NCBI GenBank assembly: GCA_965199825.1
Contig: OZ241329.1
Location: 352,001-416,000, forward strand
DNA length: 64,000 nt
DNA from: Bdellovibrionales bacterium
Lineage (GTDB): Bacteria; Bdellovibrionota; Bdellovibrionia; Bdellovibrionales; UBA1609
Reading direction: 5' to 3'
In this document: positions 1 to 10,885 of the stretch, one piece after another
Layout: each line of letters starts with the position of its first letter
Numbering within the stretch: the first letter of the stretch is position 1
The notes under the pieces: model-generated
What the model was told of the DNA's origin: nothing
The model's database searches: none
What the model saw: the letters and a program-made list of their open reading frames with translations, nothing else
Position numbers and translations under genes: made by a program

Positions 1-165
1 CCGAGCAACCTGCTCGTCAGTCAAACTGTCTGACCGAAGACCAAAATCAAATCCTGCATCTTTCATTATAGAAGCGGCGCGCTTGCGGCCGATTCCGTAG
101 ATGTAGGTCAACGCAACTTCTAATCTTTTGTTTCGCGGCAAATCGACGCCGGCAATACGTGCCAT
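1..165 (-). CDS. rpsM: 30S ribosomal protein S13 (5' part; runs off window edge)
   Basis: Manual translation from ATG at 165: [28 protein letters not shown], the S13 N-terminus; follows rpmJ. Confidence 0.97.
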   Translation of the reverse strand, partial: MARIAGVDLPRNKRLEVALTYIYGIGRKRAASIMKDAGFDFGLRSDSLTDEQVAR

Positions 166-168
166 CTT

Positions 169-282
169 TTAACCTTGCCTTTGCTTATGCTTGGGGTTTG
201 CGCATATTACGCGGATCACTCCGCGACGCTTAATCACTTTACACTTGTTGCATATCTTTTTTACTGACGCTCTGACTTTCAC
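169..282 (-). CDS. rpmJ: 50S ribosomal protein L36 (Zn-ribbon, C+ type)
   Basis: Too short for the ORF track; manual translation from GTG at 282: [37 protein letters not shown]. Confidence 0.97.
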   Translation of the reverse strand: MKVRASVKKICNKCKVIKRRGVIRVICANPKHKQRQG

Positions 283-346
283 TGCAAGCCTCTGAAATCT
301 TTCAATTTTTCTGAATCATTCGTGTCGTTCTTATAAAAGATCGCTG

Positions 347-375
347 AAAATACCATTTGACACTTCTCGCGTCTA
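347..375 (-). promoter_or_regulatory. Putative sigma70 promoter for rpmJ-rpsM (alpha operon)
   Basis: Minus strand TAGACG-N17-TATTTT with extended -10 TG. Confidence 0.5.
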
Positions 376-1029
376 GTTCTTTGCACTTCTTTTTTCTAGA
401 CCGGACATGATGCGTTCATACACTTCTTCTTCAGAACCTATTCCATCCACAAGCACAAATAAATTTTTGCTTTTGTAGTAATCTTTTAGTGGTGCCGTTG
501 CTGTATCGTAGGATTGAAGCCGTTGACCGATCACATCGGGATGATCATCAGACCTTTGATACAACTGAGCGCCACAAACATCACACACACCCGAAACTTT
601 GGGTGGTTTAGTTTCAAGATGGAAAACGGTTCCACAACTCTTACAAACACGTCGACCGGTTAAACGCCCAATCAACACCCTATGGGGCACGTCAATAAAA
701 ACAGCCGAGTGCAATTGCTTCTGCGATTTTGCAAGAAGCTTATCTAAAGCCTCTGCCTGATTTACCGTACGTGGAAATCCATCAAGAATAAAACTCCGGT
801 CGTTAAGGTTTTTAAATTCCTCTTCAACCATTCCTATTACAATATTGTCTGGAACAAGCTGACCTTCATCCATAAACTTTTTTGCTTTATTACCCAAAGA
901 AGTTTTGGCTTTGATTGCGGTACGAAAAAGCTCGCCCGTGCTCACATGAGCCATACGGTGTCGATCAATCAGGAGACTCGACTGAGTCCCCTTACCTGCT
1001 CCCGGCGGACCGAACAGCAGAAGATTCAA
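373..1029 (-). CDS. adk: Adenylate kinase (Zn-binding LID)
   Basis: GPPGAGKGTQ P-loop, LDGFPRT, CKSC...CDVC lid; downstream of secY. Confidence 0.98.
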   Translation of the reverse strand: MNLLLFGPPGAGKGTQSSLLIDRHRMAHVSTGELFRTAIKAKTSLGNKAKKFMDEGQLVPDNIVIGMVEEEFKNLNDRSFILDGFPRTVNQAEALDKLLAKSQKQLHSAVFIDVPHRVLIGRLTGRRVCKSCGTVFHLETKPPKVSGVCDVCGAQLYQRSDDHPDVIGQRLQSYDTATAPLKDYYKSKNLFVLVDGIGSEEEVYERIMSGLEKRSAKN

Positions 1030-2348
1030 TATTGAACCCTCCGACTTTTCATTTTGACCCCTTTGAGCATACCTTCGTATTTCGAAGTCAAAAGATGAGA
1101 TTGAATCTGTTGGCTAGTATCAAGTGCGACACCCACCAAAATCAAAAGACTTGTTCCACCAAACGAAAATGAAACTTTAAAAAAATCGCTAATCATCGGT
1201 GGCAATACACACACAACCGAAAGATAAATCGCACCAGTCACTGTCAATCGATCCAAAACTTTTTTAATATAATCGGCAGTACTTCGCCCCGCGCGAACGC
1301 CCGGGATAAAGCCTCCGTATTTTTTCAGATTGTCTGCAACTTCATTGGGATTAAAAACAATCTCGGTATAAAAAAAGCAAAAGAACACGATCAGGCTTAC
1401 AAAAAAGACCATACCAAGGCCAGATCGAGGATCAAAATATTCACGAATATCTTTAAGCCAAGGCACATTCACAAATTGAGCAATCGTTGCCGGAAACATC
1501 AATAAGCTAGAAGCAAAAATTGGCGGAATCACGTTTGCAAAATTCACCTTTAATGGAAGATGACTCTGTTGCTGCCCCAATGCCTCACGGCCCGAAGCCC
1601 GAGTTGAGTATTGAATCGGAATCCTTCGCTGTCCCACTTCCATGTATACAATGGCTGCAATCACTCCAACCATTCCAAGTATCAACAAAAAAGCCAAACC
1701 AAACGATAACTGTTTATTCTGAATGCTGTGATAAAGATTCATCGCATTGCTTGGAATACCTGCAACAATCCCGGTAAAAATAATTAAGCTTGCTCCATTG
1801 CCAATTCCACGCTCGGTGATTTGCTCACCCAACCACATAATAAAACAAGTGCCCGCAGTGAGAGTCACTATAGTCACAAACCAAAAAGGCATAAGAGGAC
1901 CAAACGATAATGTCGTCACAACAGGCGTGTTGCCAGGTCCACTGGCACTTTGAATATATTTGGCCATTGCATAACCTTGAACAAGCGCAAGCAAGACGGT
2001 GGCATAACGCGTGTACTGGTTAATTTTTTTACGACCGTGTTCGCCCTCTTTTTTTAAAGACTCAAGATAGGGAACTGCAGTCTGTAAAAGTTGAAATATA
2101 ATAGAAGCCGAAATGTACGGCATAATTCCAAGTGCAAACACACTAAATTTTTCGAGCCCGCCACCTGTAAAGGTATTAAACATTCCGAAAAATCCGGTAG
2201 AGCCTTGGAACAAAGAGAGCACGGCTTGACCGTCGACTCCAGGACTGGGGACGTGTACCCCTAAGCGGTACACACATAAAATTCCGATGGTAAATAACAA
2301 TCTTCGTCGTAAATCTGCCGGAATAGTAAACCCCCCTGCTGTACTCAC
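1026..2348 (-). CDS. secY: Preprotein translocase SecY
   Basis: FALGIMPYISASII, GIGNGASLIIF, IPGVRAG, GGTSLLILVGV motifs; multi-TM. Confidence 0.99.
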   Translation of the reverse strand: MSTAGGFTIPADLRRRLLFTIGILCVYRLGVHVPSPGVDGQAVLSLFQGSTGFFGMFNTFTGGGLEKFSVFALGIMPYISASIIFQLLQTAVPYLESLKKEGEHGRKKINQYTRYATVLLALVQGYAMAKYIQSASGPGNTPVVTTLSFGPLMPFWFVTIVTLTAGTCFIMWLGEQITERGIGNGASLIIFTGIVAGIPSNAMNLYHSIQNKQLSFGLAFLLILGMVGVIAAIVYMEVGQRRIPIQYSTRASGREALGQQQSHLPLKVNFANVIPPIFASSLLMFPATIAQFVNVPWLKDIREYFDPRSGLGMVFFVSLIVFFCFFYTEIVFNPNEVADNLKKYGGFIPGVRAGRSTADYIKKVLDRLTVTGAIYLSVVCVLPPMISDFFKVSFSFGGTSLLILVGVALDTSQQIQSHLLTSKYEGMLKGVKMKSRRVQY

Positions 2349-2788
2349 GCTGATATCACCTCGACTGTGCCACCGGCTTTTTCAATGGCGGATTTAGCTG
2401 ACTCACTGACTTTATGAACTTTGATATTAAAAGCGGCTTCGACTTCTCCGCTGCCAAGAAGTTTAACTTTGCAATTCTTAGAAACCATTCCAGCATCAAT
2501 CAAATTTTGGATCGACACTTCACCTTTGAAACGCTTTAAATCTTTTAGATTTACAATCTCAAATCGATTTGCAAACTCAACATTAGTGAAACCGAATTTT
2601 GGCATACGACGACTCAAAGGCATCTGACCGCCCTCAAATCCACGGCGAATCGATCCACCAGAACGAGCTTTCTGTCCTTTGTGTCCCTTTGTCGAAGTTT
2701 GGCCCATGCCAGAACCACGTCCACGTCCTACGATTTTTCTATAATGAGTCGAACCTTCGTTTGGCTTTAGTTGTCCCAGCATACTCAT
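2345..2788 (-). CDS. rplO: 50S ribosomal protein L15
   Basis: [32 protein letters not shown]. Confidence 0.98.
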   Translation of the reverse strand: MSMLGQLKPNEGSTHYRKIVGRGRGSGMGQTSTKGHKGQKARSGGSIRRGFEGGQMPLSRRMPKFGFTNVEFANRFEIVNLKDLKRFKGEVSIQNLIDAGMVSKNCKVKLLGSGEVEAAFNIKVHKVSESAKSAIEKAGGTVEVISA

Positions 2789-2976
2789 TGAGCAGCCTCC
2801 ACTTTGACTTCAAGCAAATGTTGAACACGAAAAATCTGTCCACGATTCGCAGGATTATCTTTAATGATAACCTCATGATTAATTTTTCTTAATCCCAAAC
2901 AGCGGACCGTATCACGCTGCTGAGCGGTGCAACCGATTAAACTTCGCTTGAGGCGAACACGAAATTGCTTGGCCAT
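2785..2976 (-). CDS. rpmD: 50S ribosomal protein L30
   Basis: RSLIG...LGLRKIN; between rpsE and rplO. Confidence 0.96.
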   Translation of the reverse strand: MAKQFRVRLKRSLIGCTAQQRDTVRCLGLRKINHEVIIKDNPANRGQIFRVQHLLEVKVEAAQ

Positions 2977-3007
2977 AGATTCCTCTTCGCTTTCTTTTAG
3001 CTAACCC

Positions 3008-3475
3008 TTAGCCTTGTGATGGACGAGAATTAAGTAACTGTTCCAAACCGTCAAGCGTTGCTCGAACGGCGTTGTGTGGGTTTGTTGTCCCAACACATTT
3101 TGTCAAAATATCTTTTACTCCGAAGCACTCAAGAACGGCTCGCACCGGACCACCTGCAATAACCCCGGTACCCGCTGCTGCAGGAACCAGAATGACTTTT
3201 GCCGCACCGAAAGTTCCAACAACCTCGTGAGAAATCGTTCGACCTTCTTTAAGATTAAACTGCTGCAAAGATTTTTTTGCAATCCGGCTTGCCTTGCCAA
3301 TGGCTTCAGGAACTTCGCCCGCTTTACCAGTGCCGAATCCGACATTGCCAGATCCATTTCCGGTTACCACGAGTGCCGCAAAGGAGAATCGTCGACCCCC
3401 TTTTACCACTTTTGCAACTCGCTTAATTGCCACAACTCTTTCGAGTAAATCACCAGTCTGGTTTTGAGCTTCCAC
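3008..3475 (-). CDS. rpsE: 30S ribosomal protein S5
   Basis: [27 protein letters not shown]. Confidence 0.98.
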   Translation of the reverse strand: MEAQNQTGDLLERVVAIKRVAKVVKGGRRFSFAALVVTGNGSGNVGFGTGKAGEVPEAIGKASRIAKKSLQQFNLKEGRTISHEVVGTFGAAKVILVPAAAGTGVIAGGPVRAVLECFGVKDILTKCVGTTNPHNAVRATLDGLEQLLNSRPSQG

Positions 3476-3492
3476 TACTATATTCCTCTTCC

Positions 3493-3870
3493 TTAAAACT
3501 TAAGGCCGGCTTCGCGCGCAGCTTCTGCTAACGCCTTTACCCGACCGTGATAGATGTAACCACTGCGATCAAACACAACATTCTGAATATTATTTTTTTG
3601 GGCTTCCTGAGCGATCGCCGCGCCTACCGCTTTTGCAGCAGCCACGTTCTTCGTCCCGCCTTTGATGTCGAGCTTAAGAGTTGATGCTGAGGCCAAAGTT
3701 CGACCCGAGCTGTCGTCAATAAGCTGAGCATAAAGGTGTCGACCACTGCGAAACATCGACAAACGTGGACGCTCCGCCGAGCCTTCGACCTTTTTGCGAA
3801 TTCGCGCCCTATTTTTTAGACGGCCAACAACTTTCTTATCTGTATTGCGTCCATATTTAATTCGTATCAC
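3493..3870 (-). CDS. rplR: 50S ribosomal protein L18
   Basis: [37 protein letters not shown]. Confidence 0.98.
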   Translation of the reverse strand: MIRIKYGRNTDKKVVGRLKNRARIRKKVEGSAERPRLSMFRSGRHLYAQLIDDSSGRTLASASTLKLDIKGGTKNVAAAKAVGAAIAQEAQKNNIQNVVFDRSGYIYHGRVKALAEAAREAGLKF

Positions 3871-3882
3871 AATAAACCTCTT

Positions 3883-4425
3883 CTATTTAGATGCCGATTT
3901 TCCAGCTTTACGACGAATTGTTTCGTCAGCGTATTTAACACCTTTGCCAAGATAAGGCTCAGGTGGACGAAACCCACGAATTTTTGCCGCAGCTTTACCA
4001 ACGTTATCACGATTCGCACCAGTGACCGAAATCTTGGTCTGTTTTTCAACCTTGATCTCAATCCCGTCGGGAATGTCAAATTGCACAGGATGGCTAAATC
4101 CCAGAGTGAGCTCCAGTTTTTTACCATTTACGTTTGCACGATATCCCACACCATTGAGCTCAAGGTCCTTAGTCCAACCTTTTGAAACTCCGGTGACTGC
4201 ATTTTGCAACAAAGCTCGAGAAAGACCGTGATATGCCCGCGTATCTGAGTCTTCGTTAGCCCGAGTCAAAACGATTTTACCGTCCTCAACTTTGGCAATA
4301 ACTGCAGGACGCAACTTGACGCTCATAGTGCTTTTTGCACCTTTAACCACAACAGTATTATCGGGACTCACAGTCACCTGAACTGGCTTATCAAAATATA
4401 CGGGTGCTCTACCTACACGAGACAT
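3883..4425 (-). CDS. rplF: 50S ribosomal protein L6
   Basis: MSRVG, GVGYRA, RPPEPYLGKGVKY. Confidence 0.98.
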   Translation of the reverse strand: MSRVGRAPVYFDKPVQVTVSPDNTVVVKGAKSTMSVKLRPAVIAKVEDGKIVLTRANEDSDTRAYHGLSRALLQNAVTGVSKGWTKDLELNGVGYRANVNGKKLELTLGFSHPVQFDIPDGIEIKVEKQTKISVTGANRDNVGKAAAKIRGFRPPEPYLGKGVKYADETIRRKAGKSASK

Positions 4426-4432
4426 TTTTTAC

Positions 4433-4822
4433 CTACCACAACTGGCAGAGCAATTCTCCGCCAAGATTTTCTTTACGTGCTTGATCTCCACTCATCACAC
4501 CTTTGTTGGTGCTCAAGATGCAAAGACCATAACCCGACCGCACCTGCGGAATTTCGGTGGACTTAATATAAAGCCGGCGACCTGGTCGACTCAGCTTTTG
4601 TACAGTGTTGATCACTGAACGTCCTTCATCATTATATTTTAAGTACACGCGCATCACACCCTGTTTGCCATCACGAGCAACTTTGAATGTGCGAATGTAA
4701 CCCGTCTCTTGAAGAATCTTGGCAAGGCCCACTCGCATATTCGAGCTTGGGACATCCAATTTGTCATGCTTAGCAAGACCGGCATTACGAATTCGTGTTA
4801 AAAATTCAGCGATTGTATCCAT
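4433..4822 (-). CDS. rpsH: 30S ribosomal protein S8
   Basis: DTIAEFLTRIRNA, SRPGRRLY, GGELLC. Confidence 0.98.
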   Translation of the reverse strand: MDTIAEFLTRIRNAGLAKHDKLDVPSSNMRVGLAKILQETGYIRTFKVARDGKQGVMRVYLKYNDEGRSVINTVQKLSRPGRRLYIKSTEIPQVRSGYGLCILSTNKGVMSGDQARKENLGGELLCQLW

Positions 4823-4830
4823 GAGCTCTC

Positions 4831-5373
4831 CTACTTTTTCCGAAACGGCATCCCGAGTTGCTCGAGAAGTGCTCGCCCGTCACCGTCAGATTGTGCCGTT
4901 GTGCAAATTGAAATATTCATTCCGCGCACCGACTCCACTTTATCATAATCAATTTCTGGAAAAACAATCTGCTCTTTAAGGCCCATATTGTAGTTTCCAC
5001 GCCCATCAAATCCGCGCGGCGAAAGCCCACGAAAGTCACGCAATCGAGGAAGCGAAAGATGAATCAAACGCTCTAAAAACGTCCACATTCTTTCTTTTCT
5101 CAATGTGACCATTGCTCCGATCGGCATGCCTTCACGAAGTTTAAAATTTGAAATCGCTTTTTTGGCTTTTGTAATAACCGCTCGCTGACCCGCAATCGCG
5201 GTCAATTCCTCAACAGCTTGCTGCAGAACTTTTGGGTTGCGAACAGCCTCATTGGTACAAACGTTAAGAACAATTTTGTCTAACGTTGGAACCTGCATGA
5301 TACTTTGATAGCCCATCTGCTTCATTAGAGCAGCGGCAATCTCTTCTTTATATCGACTCTGTAACTGGGTCAC
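4831..5373 (-). CDS. rplE: 50S ribosomal protein L5
   Basis: [33 protein letters not shown]. Confidence 0.98.
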   Translation of the reverse strand: MTQLQSRYKEEIAAALMKQMGYQSIMQVPTLDKIVLNVCTNEAVRNPKVLQQAVEELTAIAGQRAVITKAKKAISNFKLREGMPIGAMVTLRKERMWTFLERLIHLSLPRLRDFRGLSPRGFDGRGNYNMGLKEQIVFPEIDYDKVESVRGMNISICTTAQSDGDGRALLEQLGMPFRKK

Positions 5374-5385
5374 AGTGAAAACTCC

Positions 5386-5754
5386 TTATAAAACTTCAGG
5401 AGCAAGAGAAACAATTTTAACAAACTGTTTAGCTCTTAACTCACGGGCTACGGGACCAAAAATACGAGTGCCGATGGGCTCTTTAGCAGCATTGATAAGT
5501 ACTGCTGAATTGTCATCGAACCGAATATAACTTCCATCAGCACGGCGGATTTTGTGAATCGTTCGCACAATAACTGCTTTAGCTTTTTCGCCTTTTTTAA
5601 CTTTTGAATTGGGCAAAGCATCTTTGATCGAAACAATAATGATATCACCGACAGCGGCGTATCGTCTTAGAGTTCCACCAAGTACTTTGATACACTGAAC
5701 CTCACGAGCTCCCGAATTGTCTGCAACTCGTAATCTAGTTTGCATCTGAATCAT
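5386..5754 (-). CDS. rplN: 50S ribosomal protein L14
   Basis: [16 protein letters not shown]...SLAPEVL; start trimmed to ATG 5754 (GGAGG upstream). Confidence 0.98.
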   Translation of the reverse strand: MIQMQTRLRVADNSGAREVQCIKVLGGTLRRYAAVGDIIIVSIKDALPNSKVKKGEKAKAVIVRTIHKIRRADGSYIRFDDNSAVLINAAKEPIGTRIFGPVARELRAKQFVKIVSLAPEVL

Positions 5755-6055
5755 GAAGAACCTCCTGCGTAGGTGCACGTTCGACAATTTCGATCAGCTT
5801 CCAACGTTTTGTTTTGCTCAATGGACGCGTCTCAACCAATTTTACTCGGTCACCCACACGCGCTTCGTTTTTTTCATCATGAGCTTTGAATACCGAACTG
5901 CGCTTAATAAACTTTCCGTACTTGGGATGCTTCACAAGACGAAAAATTTGAACAGCAATGGTTTTATCCATCTTATTACTCACTACAGCTCCGGTGACTT
6001 CTGTTCGAACACCGCGTTCACTCTTCGATTGATTTTCTTCGGTTACATTCGCCAT
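5735..6055 (-). CDS. rpsQ: 30S ribosomal protein S17
   Basis: [27 protein letters not shown]. Confidence 0.98.
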   Translation of the reverse strand: MANVTEENQSKSERGVRTEVTGAVVSNKMDKTIAVQIFRLVKHPKYGKFIKRSSVFKAHDEKNEARVGDRVKLVETRPLSKTKRWKLIEIVERAPTQEVLHDSDAN

Positions 6056-6064
6056 TATTTCCTC

Positions 6065-6253
6065 TTAACTCAGCTTCCGAGTGAGAGCCGTTTGCATACG
6101 AGCCACATCTCGACGTTGCTCACGGATTTCAATTGGATTTTGCACTTGGCCTAGAGTGTGTTTCATTTTTGTTTGAAACATCTCTGCCCGTGTCTGAACA
6201 ATTTTTTTTCGTAACTCTTCAACAGTAAGATCTTTTAAATCATCAAATTTCAT
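6065..6253 (-). CDS. rpmC: 50S ribosomal protein L29
   Basis: 62 aa, IREQRRDVARMQT; between rplP and rpsQ. Confidence 0.95.
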   Translation of the reverse strand: MKFDDLKDLTVEELRKKIVQTRAEMFQTKMKHTLGQVQNPIEIREQRRDVARMQTALTRKLS

Positions 6254-6256
6254 AAT

Positions 6257-6664
6257 CTACTCACGCGCCACAAATCGGGTTTTAAATGGCAATTTATGTG
6301 CAGCCAAACGAAAAGCCTCTTGAGCCTGTTCTTTTGTCACACCATTCATCTCAAACAACACACGGCCGGGCTGAATTTTGGCTACCCACAACTCAGGATT
6401 TCCTTTACCAGAACCCATTCGAGTTTCGGCTGGCTTTTTCGTGATTGGTAAATGCGGAAATATACGGAGCCACAATTTTCCACCACGCTTGACCGACCGG
6501 CTAATCGCAATTCGACTTGCTTCGATTTGGCGGGCAGACAACCTGCCGCTCTCGATTGCAGCAAGACCAAAATCGCCAAAACTCAAATCGCTTCCGCGTG
6601 TAGCAAATCCTTTATATCGTCCACGGAATTGCCTACGCCATTTTACTCTCTTAGGACTTAACAC
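6257..6664 (-). CDS. rplP: 50S ribosomal protein L16
   Basis: [27 protein letters not shown]. Confidence 0.98.
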   Translation of the reverse strand: MLSPKRVKWRRQFRGRYKGFATRGSDLSFGDFGLAAIESGRLSARQIEASRIAISRSVKRGGKLWLRIFPHLPITKKPAETRMGSGKGNPELWVAKIQPGRVLFEMNGVTKEQAQEAFRLAAHKLPFKTRFVARE

Positions 6665-7316
6665 GACCCGCCTCCTCTAACTCACGAGCTGTAAATACAT
6701 CACCGCGATAGATCCAAACTTTTAATCCGATAAGTCCGTAACCGGTCAGCGCCTCAGCAGTACCGTAATCAATATCTGCACGCAGCGTGTGAAGCGGAAC
6801 GCTCTTCTCGTTATACCACTCTGACCGAGCGATTTCTGCACCATCGAGACGTCCACTCACTCGAATTTTAATTCCGCGAACGCCGCCACGAACTCCAGCA
6901 GCTAATGCTTTTTTAAGAGCTCGTCTCCATGAAATTCGTTTTTCAAGCTGAAGGGCGATATTTTCTGCCACAAGCTGGGCATCCATATCAGGCTTACGAA
7001 CTTCTTGGATGCTCACGATCACTTCGTTCGTGGTTTGCTTTTGAATATCTCCACGGAGCGCATCAATGCCTGTGCCTTTTTTTCCGATCACAACACCAGG
7101 ACGAGCCGTGTAGATGATGATTCGAACTTTATTTGCAGCCCGTTCCATCTCAATTTTTGAAACTCCAGCATGCTTGAGTTTATCTTTGATGTATTTTCTG
7201 AGTTTATAATCTTCGTGCAAATAGTCGCGATAAACTTTGCCTTTAGCAAACCATCGAGAATCCCAAGTACGAATAACACCAACTCTGAACCCAACTGGAT
7301 TGATCTTTTGTCCCAT
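6651..7316 (-). CDS. rpsC: 30S ribosomal protein S3
   Basis: [32 protein letters not shown]. Confidence 0.99.
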   Translation of the reverse strand: MGQKINPVGFRVGVIRTWDSRWFAKGKVYRDYLHEDYKLRKYIKDKLKHAGVSKIEMERAANKVRIIIYTARPGVVIGKKGTGIDALRGDIQKQTTNEVIVSIQEVRKPDMDAQLVAENIALQLEKRISWRRALKKALAAGVRGGVRGIKIRVSGRLDGAEIARSEWYNEKSVPLHTLRADIDYGTAEALTGYGLIGLKVWIYRGDVFTARELEEAGRVKS

Positions 7317-7326
7317 GGCTTATTCC

Positions 7327-7659
7327 TTATCTTTCATCCAAAACAACATTGATGTGACTCATCTTCTTTTTAACTTGGTAGGCGCGCCCTTGGGCACGTG
7401 GCCGAAATCTTTTGATTGCGGGACCTTCATCTACCAAAACCGTTTTAACAAATAAATTATCGATATCGATCACTTTGCGATCTTCAGCGTTTGCCACTGC
7501 AGACTCGATCAATTTTTTTAGTAAATAAGAACCTTTTTTATTGCTAAACGCCAACATGCGGATCGCTTGGTTTACATCCTTACCGCGAATGAGATCTGCG
7601 ACAAGGCGAGCCTTTTGGGCTCCAATTCTTGCGTAATGTAAACGTGCTCGAACTTCCAT
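7327..7659 (-). CDS. rplV: 50S ribosomal protein L22
   Basis: KARLVADLIRG, SAVANA, RPRAQGRA. Confidence 0.98.
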   Translation of the reverse strand: MEVRARLHYARIGAQKARLVADLIRGKDVNQAIRMLAFSNKKGSYLLKKLIESAVANAEDRKVIDIDNLFVKTVLVDEGPAIKRFRPRAQGRAYQVKKKMSHINVVLDER

Positions 7660-7669
7660 GGTCTACTCC

Positions 7670-7966
7670 CTATTTTTTCGGTGACGCTGCAGGGGCGGCG
7701 GCCGCTTTCTTTTCTGCGTGTCCATTAAAAACACGAGTTGGTGCAAACTCACCAAATTTGTGACCAATCATATTTTCGGTAACATATACGGGAACAAATT
7801 TACGCCCGTTATGAACCGCGAATGTGAGTCCTACTGCATCAGGCACAACTGTCGATCGGCGCGACCAAGTTTTAATCACTTTTTTGTCGCCTGTCGCTCG
7901 TGCTGTGTCGATTCTTTTAATTAAATGATGATCGACAAAGGGACCTTTTTTTACTGACCTACCCAC
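7670..7966 (-). CDS. rpsS: 30S ribosomal protein S19
   Basis: [28 protein letters not shown]. Confidence 0.98.
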   Translation of the reverse strand: MGRSVKKGPFVDHHLIKRIDTARATGDKKVIKTWSRRSTVVPDAVGLTFAVHNGRKFVPVYVTENMIGHKFGEFAPTRVFNGHAEKKAAAAPAASPKK

Positions 7967-7978
7967 GAAAACCTCTCC

Positions 7979-8803
7979 TTACCGAACATTACGGCGTTTG
8001 ATAATCATGCCGTTGGTGCGCTTGTTATGTCTTGTCTTATACCCTTTGCATGGCTGACCCCAAGGCGTAACGGGATGATGCCCTTTACCGACACCCTCAC
8101 CACCACCGAGTGGATGATCTACTGGATTCATCGCCATACCTCGAACAGAAGGACGTTTGCCTTTCCATCGATTACGACCAGCTTTTCCAATGCTAATATT
8201 CTCGTTGTCGGTATTTCCAACCTGACCAATGCTTGCTTTGCAAGTTGATAAAATTTGTCGAACCTCACCTGAGGGCAAACGCACTTGGCAATACGTCCCA
8301 AGCTTTGCAACGAGCGTAGCTTCTGCTCCCGCGCCGCGAACAATCTGCGCACCCTTACCAGGTCGCAACTCAACATTATGAATGATTGTTCCAACTGGAA
8401 TTGATGCAAGCGGAAGAGAGTTTCCAGGTTTAATATCCGCACCAGGGCCTGCTACAACTGTGTCGCCAACTCTGAGACCCACTGGGGCTAAGATATAACT
8501 TTTTGAACCGTCAGCATAGTTTAGCAAAGCAATTCGGCACGTGCGATTAGGATCGTATTCGACCGCCGCCACTTTCGCAGGGACATCGACCTTTGTTCGC
8601 TTAAAATCAATGATACGATATTTACGTTTATGTCCGCCACCCTTGTGTCGAACAGTAATTTGCCCAGTGTTATTACGAGCTCCACATTTATTAAGTGGGG
8701 CTGTTAAAGACTTCTCGGGTTTATCTTTAGTTATCTCTTTGAAGTCATATCCAGTCATTCCACGACGACCGGGACTCCGTGGTTTAAATACCTTAACACC
8801 CAT
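7979..8803 (-). CDS. rplB: 50S ribosomal protein L2
   Basis: [33 protein letters not shown]. Confidence 0.99.
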   Translation of the reverse strand: MGVKVFKPRSPGRRGMTGYDFKEITKDKPEKSLTAPLNKCGARNNTGQITVRHKGGGHKRKYRIIDFKRTKVDVPAKVAAVEYDPNRTCRIALLNYADGSKSYILAPVGLRVGDTVVAGPGADIKPGNSLPLASIPVGTIIHNVELRPGKGAQIVRGAGAEATLVAKLGTYCQVRLPSGEVRQILSTCKASIGQVGNTDNENISIGKAGRNRWKGKRPSVRGMAMNPVDHPLGGGEGVGKGHHPVTPWGQPCKGYKTRHNKRTNGMIIKRRNVR

Positions 8804-8805
8804 TT

Positions 8806-9084
8806 TTATGCTCCCTCAAATAGGGCGATTTTTTCGCCAGGCGCAAGTTGTACAAAAGCTTTTTTCCAATACCGAACGGTACCGGTCAAACCACGCACCG
8901 CTTTTTTGCGTTTACGGCAAATTGCGGTTCGCACCGACAAAACTTTTACTTTAAAAAACTTTTCTACAGCGACTTTGACTTCTGGTTTTGTAGAAGCATG
9001 CTCAACTTCAAAAACATAAATACCCTGCTCGGCGAGGGCACTGTTTTTTTCCGTCACAAGTGGACGCTTGATTGTAAATCCCAT
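8806..9084 (-). CDS. rplW: 50S ribosomal protein L23
   Basis: IKRPLVTEK...WKKAFVQL; start trimmed to ATG 9084. Confidence 0.96.
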   Translation of the reverse strand: MGFTIKRPLVTEKNSALAEQGIYVFEVEHASTKPEVKVAVEKFFKVKVLSVRTAICRKRKKAVRGLTGTVRYWKKAFVQLAPGEKIALFEGA

Positions 9085-9086
9085 TG

Positions 9087-9710
9087 TTACTCCGCTCGAC
9101 AACGATTGACGATTTTGGCAATCGATTCTTTTGTGACAACAACGTTGTCATATTTTAAAAGATCAAAAACATTTAAGCCATCAACCGAAAAATATTTGTA
9201 AGAGCTCAAATTTTTTGTCGCTCTTTTAAAATTTTCGTTAACTGAACCGTCGATTAATAATGCTTTGGTAAGACCAAAATTTTGTAGTCTCTGAGCAATC
9301 TCTTTGGTCTTTCCTTGTGAATCCATTGACTCGACCACATGGAATTTTCCGTCTTTGACTGCCTGCGAAAGTGCACATCGCAGAGCTAGGCGCTTCATCT
9401 GTTTTGGAAATGCAAAAGAGTAATCGCGAGGACGTGGACCAAACAAAACTGCTCCACCGGGCATTAATGGCGAACGATTCGAACCTTGTCGCGCATTACC
9501 TGTACCCTTTTGCTTAAATGGCTTTTTACCACCACCGCTCACTTCTGCGCGTGTTTTTGCTTGATGCGTGCCTTGACGTCGACAAGCGAGCTGCCATTTG
9601 ACCGCGGCATGAAGAATATCGGCACGAACAGGTTGTTCGAAAATATCAGCAGGAAGCTCAAGCTCACTGCTGCTTTCTTTATTCCAATTTAAAACTTTAA
9701 CCTTAGACAT
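9087..9710 (-). CDS. rplD: 50S ribosomal protein L4
   Basis: RQGTHQAKTRAEVSGGGKKPFKQKGTGNARQGS. Confidence 0.98.
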   Translation of the reverse strand: MSKVKVLNWNKESSSELELPADIFEQPVRADILHAAVKWQLACRRQGTHQAKTRAEVSGGGKKPFKQKGTGNARQGSNRSPLMPGGAVLFGPRPRDYSFAFPKQMKRLALRCALSQAVKDGKFHVVESMDSQGKTKEIAQRLQNFGLTKALLIDGSVNENFKRATKNLSSYKYFSVDGLNVFDLLKYDNVVVTKESIAKIVNRCRAE

Positions 9711-9714
9711 CGTA

Positions 9715-10377
9715 TTAAACCTTCATCAATTTTACGAGTGAGTTTGGTGCTCCAGGAACCGCACCTTTAACGAGCACGACATTTTCGTCTTGGAGAACAT
9801 CGATGATTTCTACGTTTTTGATTGTTGTCATCTCATCGCCGTAGTGGCCTGGAAATTTTTTGCCAGGCATTACGCGACCAGGCCAAGTTCGATTTCCTAC
9901 TGATCCAGGACGACGATGGAAGTGAGATCCATGAGTAGCGGGTCCGCCCGCAACACTCCAGCGTTTAACAGAACCTGCAAACCCTCGGCCCTTTGATCGG
10001 CCGGTGAGTTTGACCATGTCGCCTTTTTTTACCGAATCGATCGATACCTTTTGGCCGACTTGAACTCCGGTGGAATCCTGACGAATTTCTTTAATAAACA
10101 AAGTTCCGTTTTCAAAACCTGCAGCTTTGCTGTGACCTTTTTCGCTCATCGAAATTCGGGATGCACGCGATGGACAAAAGCCCAATTGAACAGATGAGTA
10201 ACCATCACGCTCTTCGGTTTTCACTTGAGTCACGGTTGTTGGCTCAACTCGTAAAACCGTAACTGGAATTGATTCGCCAGATTCGCTGTAGATCGAGGAC
10301 ATTCCAACTTTGAAGGCATACAAACCTTGAAGTTGAACTGCGTTGCTTGTTGTTATGGTGTCAGATGTTTCGCTCAT
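9715..10377 (-). CDS. rplC: 50S ribosomal protein L3
   Basis: KVGMS, DGYSSVQLG, SKGRGFAG, HRRPGS, KGAVPG. Confidence 0.98.
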   Translation of the reverse strand: MSETSDTITTSNAVQLQGLYAFKVGMSSIYSESGESIPVTVLRVEPTTVTQVKTEERDGYSSVQLGFCPSRASRISMSEKGHSKAAGFENGTLFIKEIRQDSTGVQVGQKVSIDSVKKGDMVKLTGRSKGRGFAGSVKRWSVAGGPATHGSHFHRRPGSVGNRTWPGRVMPGKKFPGHYGDEMTTIKNVEIIDVLQDENVVLVKGAVPGAPNSLVKLMKV

Positions 10378-10388
10378 TGATTAACTCC

Positions 10389-10706
10389 TTAAACAACCGA
10401 CAGCTTAATTTCCACGTCAACACCTGCCGAGAGATCAAGCTTCATCAGTTGATCAATGGTTTGTTGGGTGGGTTCTAAAATATCAAGAAGTCGCTTGTGT
10501 GTGCGCACTTCGAATTGCTCGCGTGATTTTTTATCAACGTGAGGAGATCGAAGAACGGTGTAGCGATTGATTCGTGTAGGCAAAGGAATTGGTCCAGCGA
10601 CTCGGGCGCCTGTGCGTCGAGCGGTATCAACAATTTCTCGGGTCGATTGATCAAGAAGTTTATGATCAAAAGCTCGTAATCGAATTCTTATTTTTTGACT
10701 CTGCAT
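10389..10706 (-). CDS. rpsJ: 30S ribosomal protein S10
   Basis: [32 protein letters not shown]. Confidence 0.99.
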   Translation of the reverse strand: MQSQKIRIRLRAFDHKLLDQSTREIVDTARRTGARVAGPIPLPTRINRYTVLRSPHVDKKSREQFEVRTHKRLLDILEPTQQTIDQLMKLDLSAGVDVEIKLSVV

Positions 10707-10845
10707 TTCTACTCACTCGCTTTTTAGGTAAAAGACAAAAAAAGACCATTTCTGCATTCATCTCCCCATCGTTTCATTCGTAAATCAGTACTGATTTTTA
10801 TGACTTAAGGGGATGTTAGAAGCAAACTCCGGTAACAAGTTCGCG

Positions 10846-10875
10846 AGTATGCTAGCGGATAATCGCACTTGTCAA
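10846..10875 (-). promoter_or_regulatory. Putative sigma70 promoter of the S10 operon
   Basis: Minus strand TTGACA-N18-CATACT in the fusA-rpsJ spacer. Confidence 0.55.
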
Positions 10876-10885
10876 AACAAAATTT

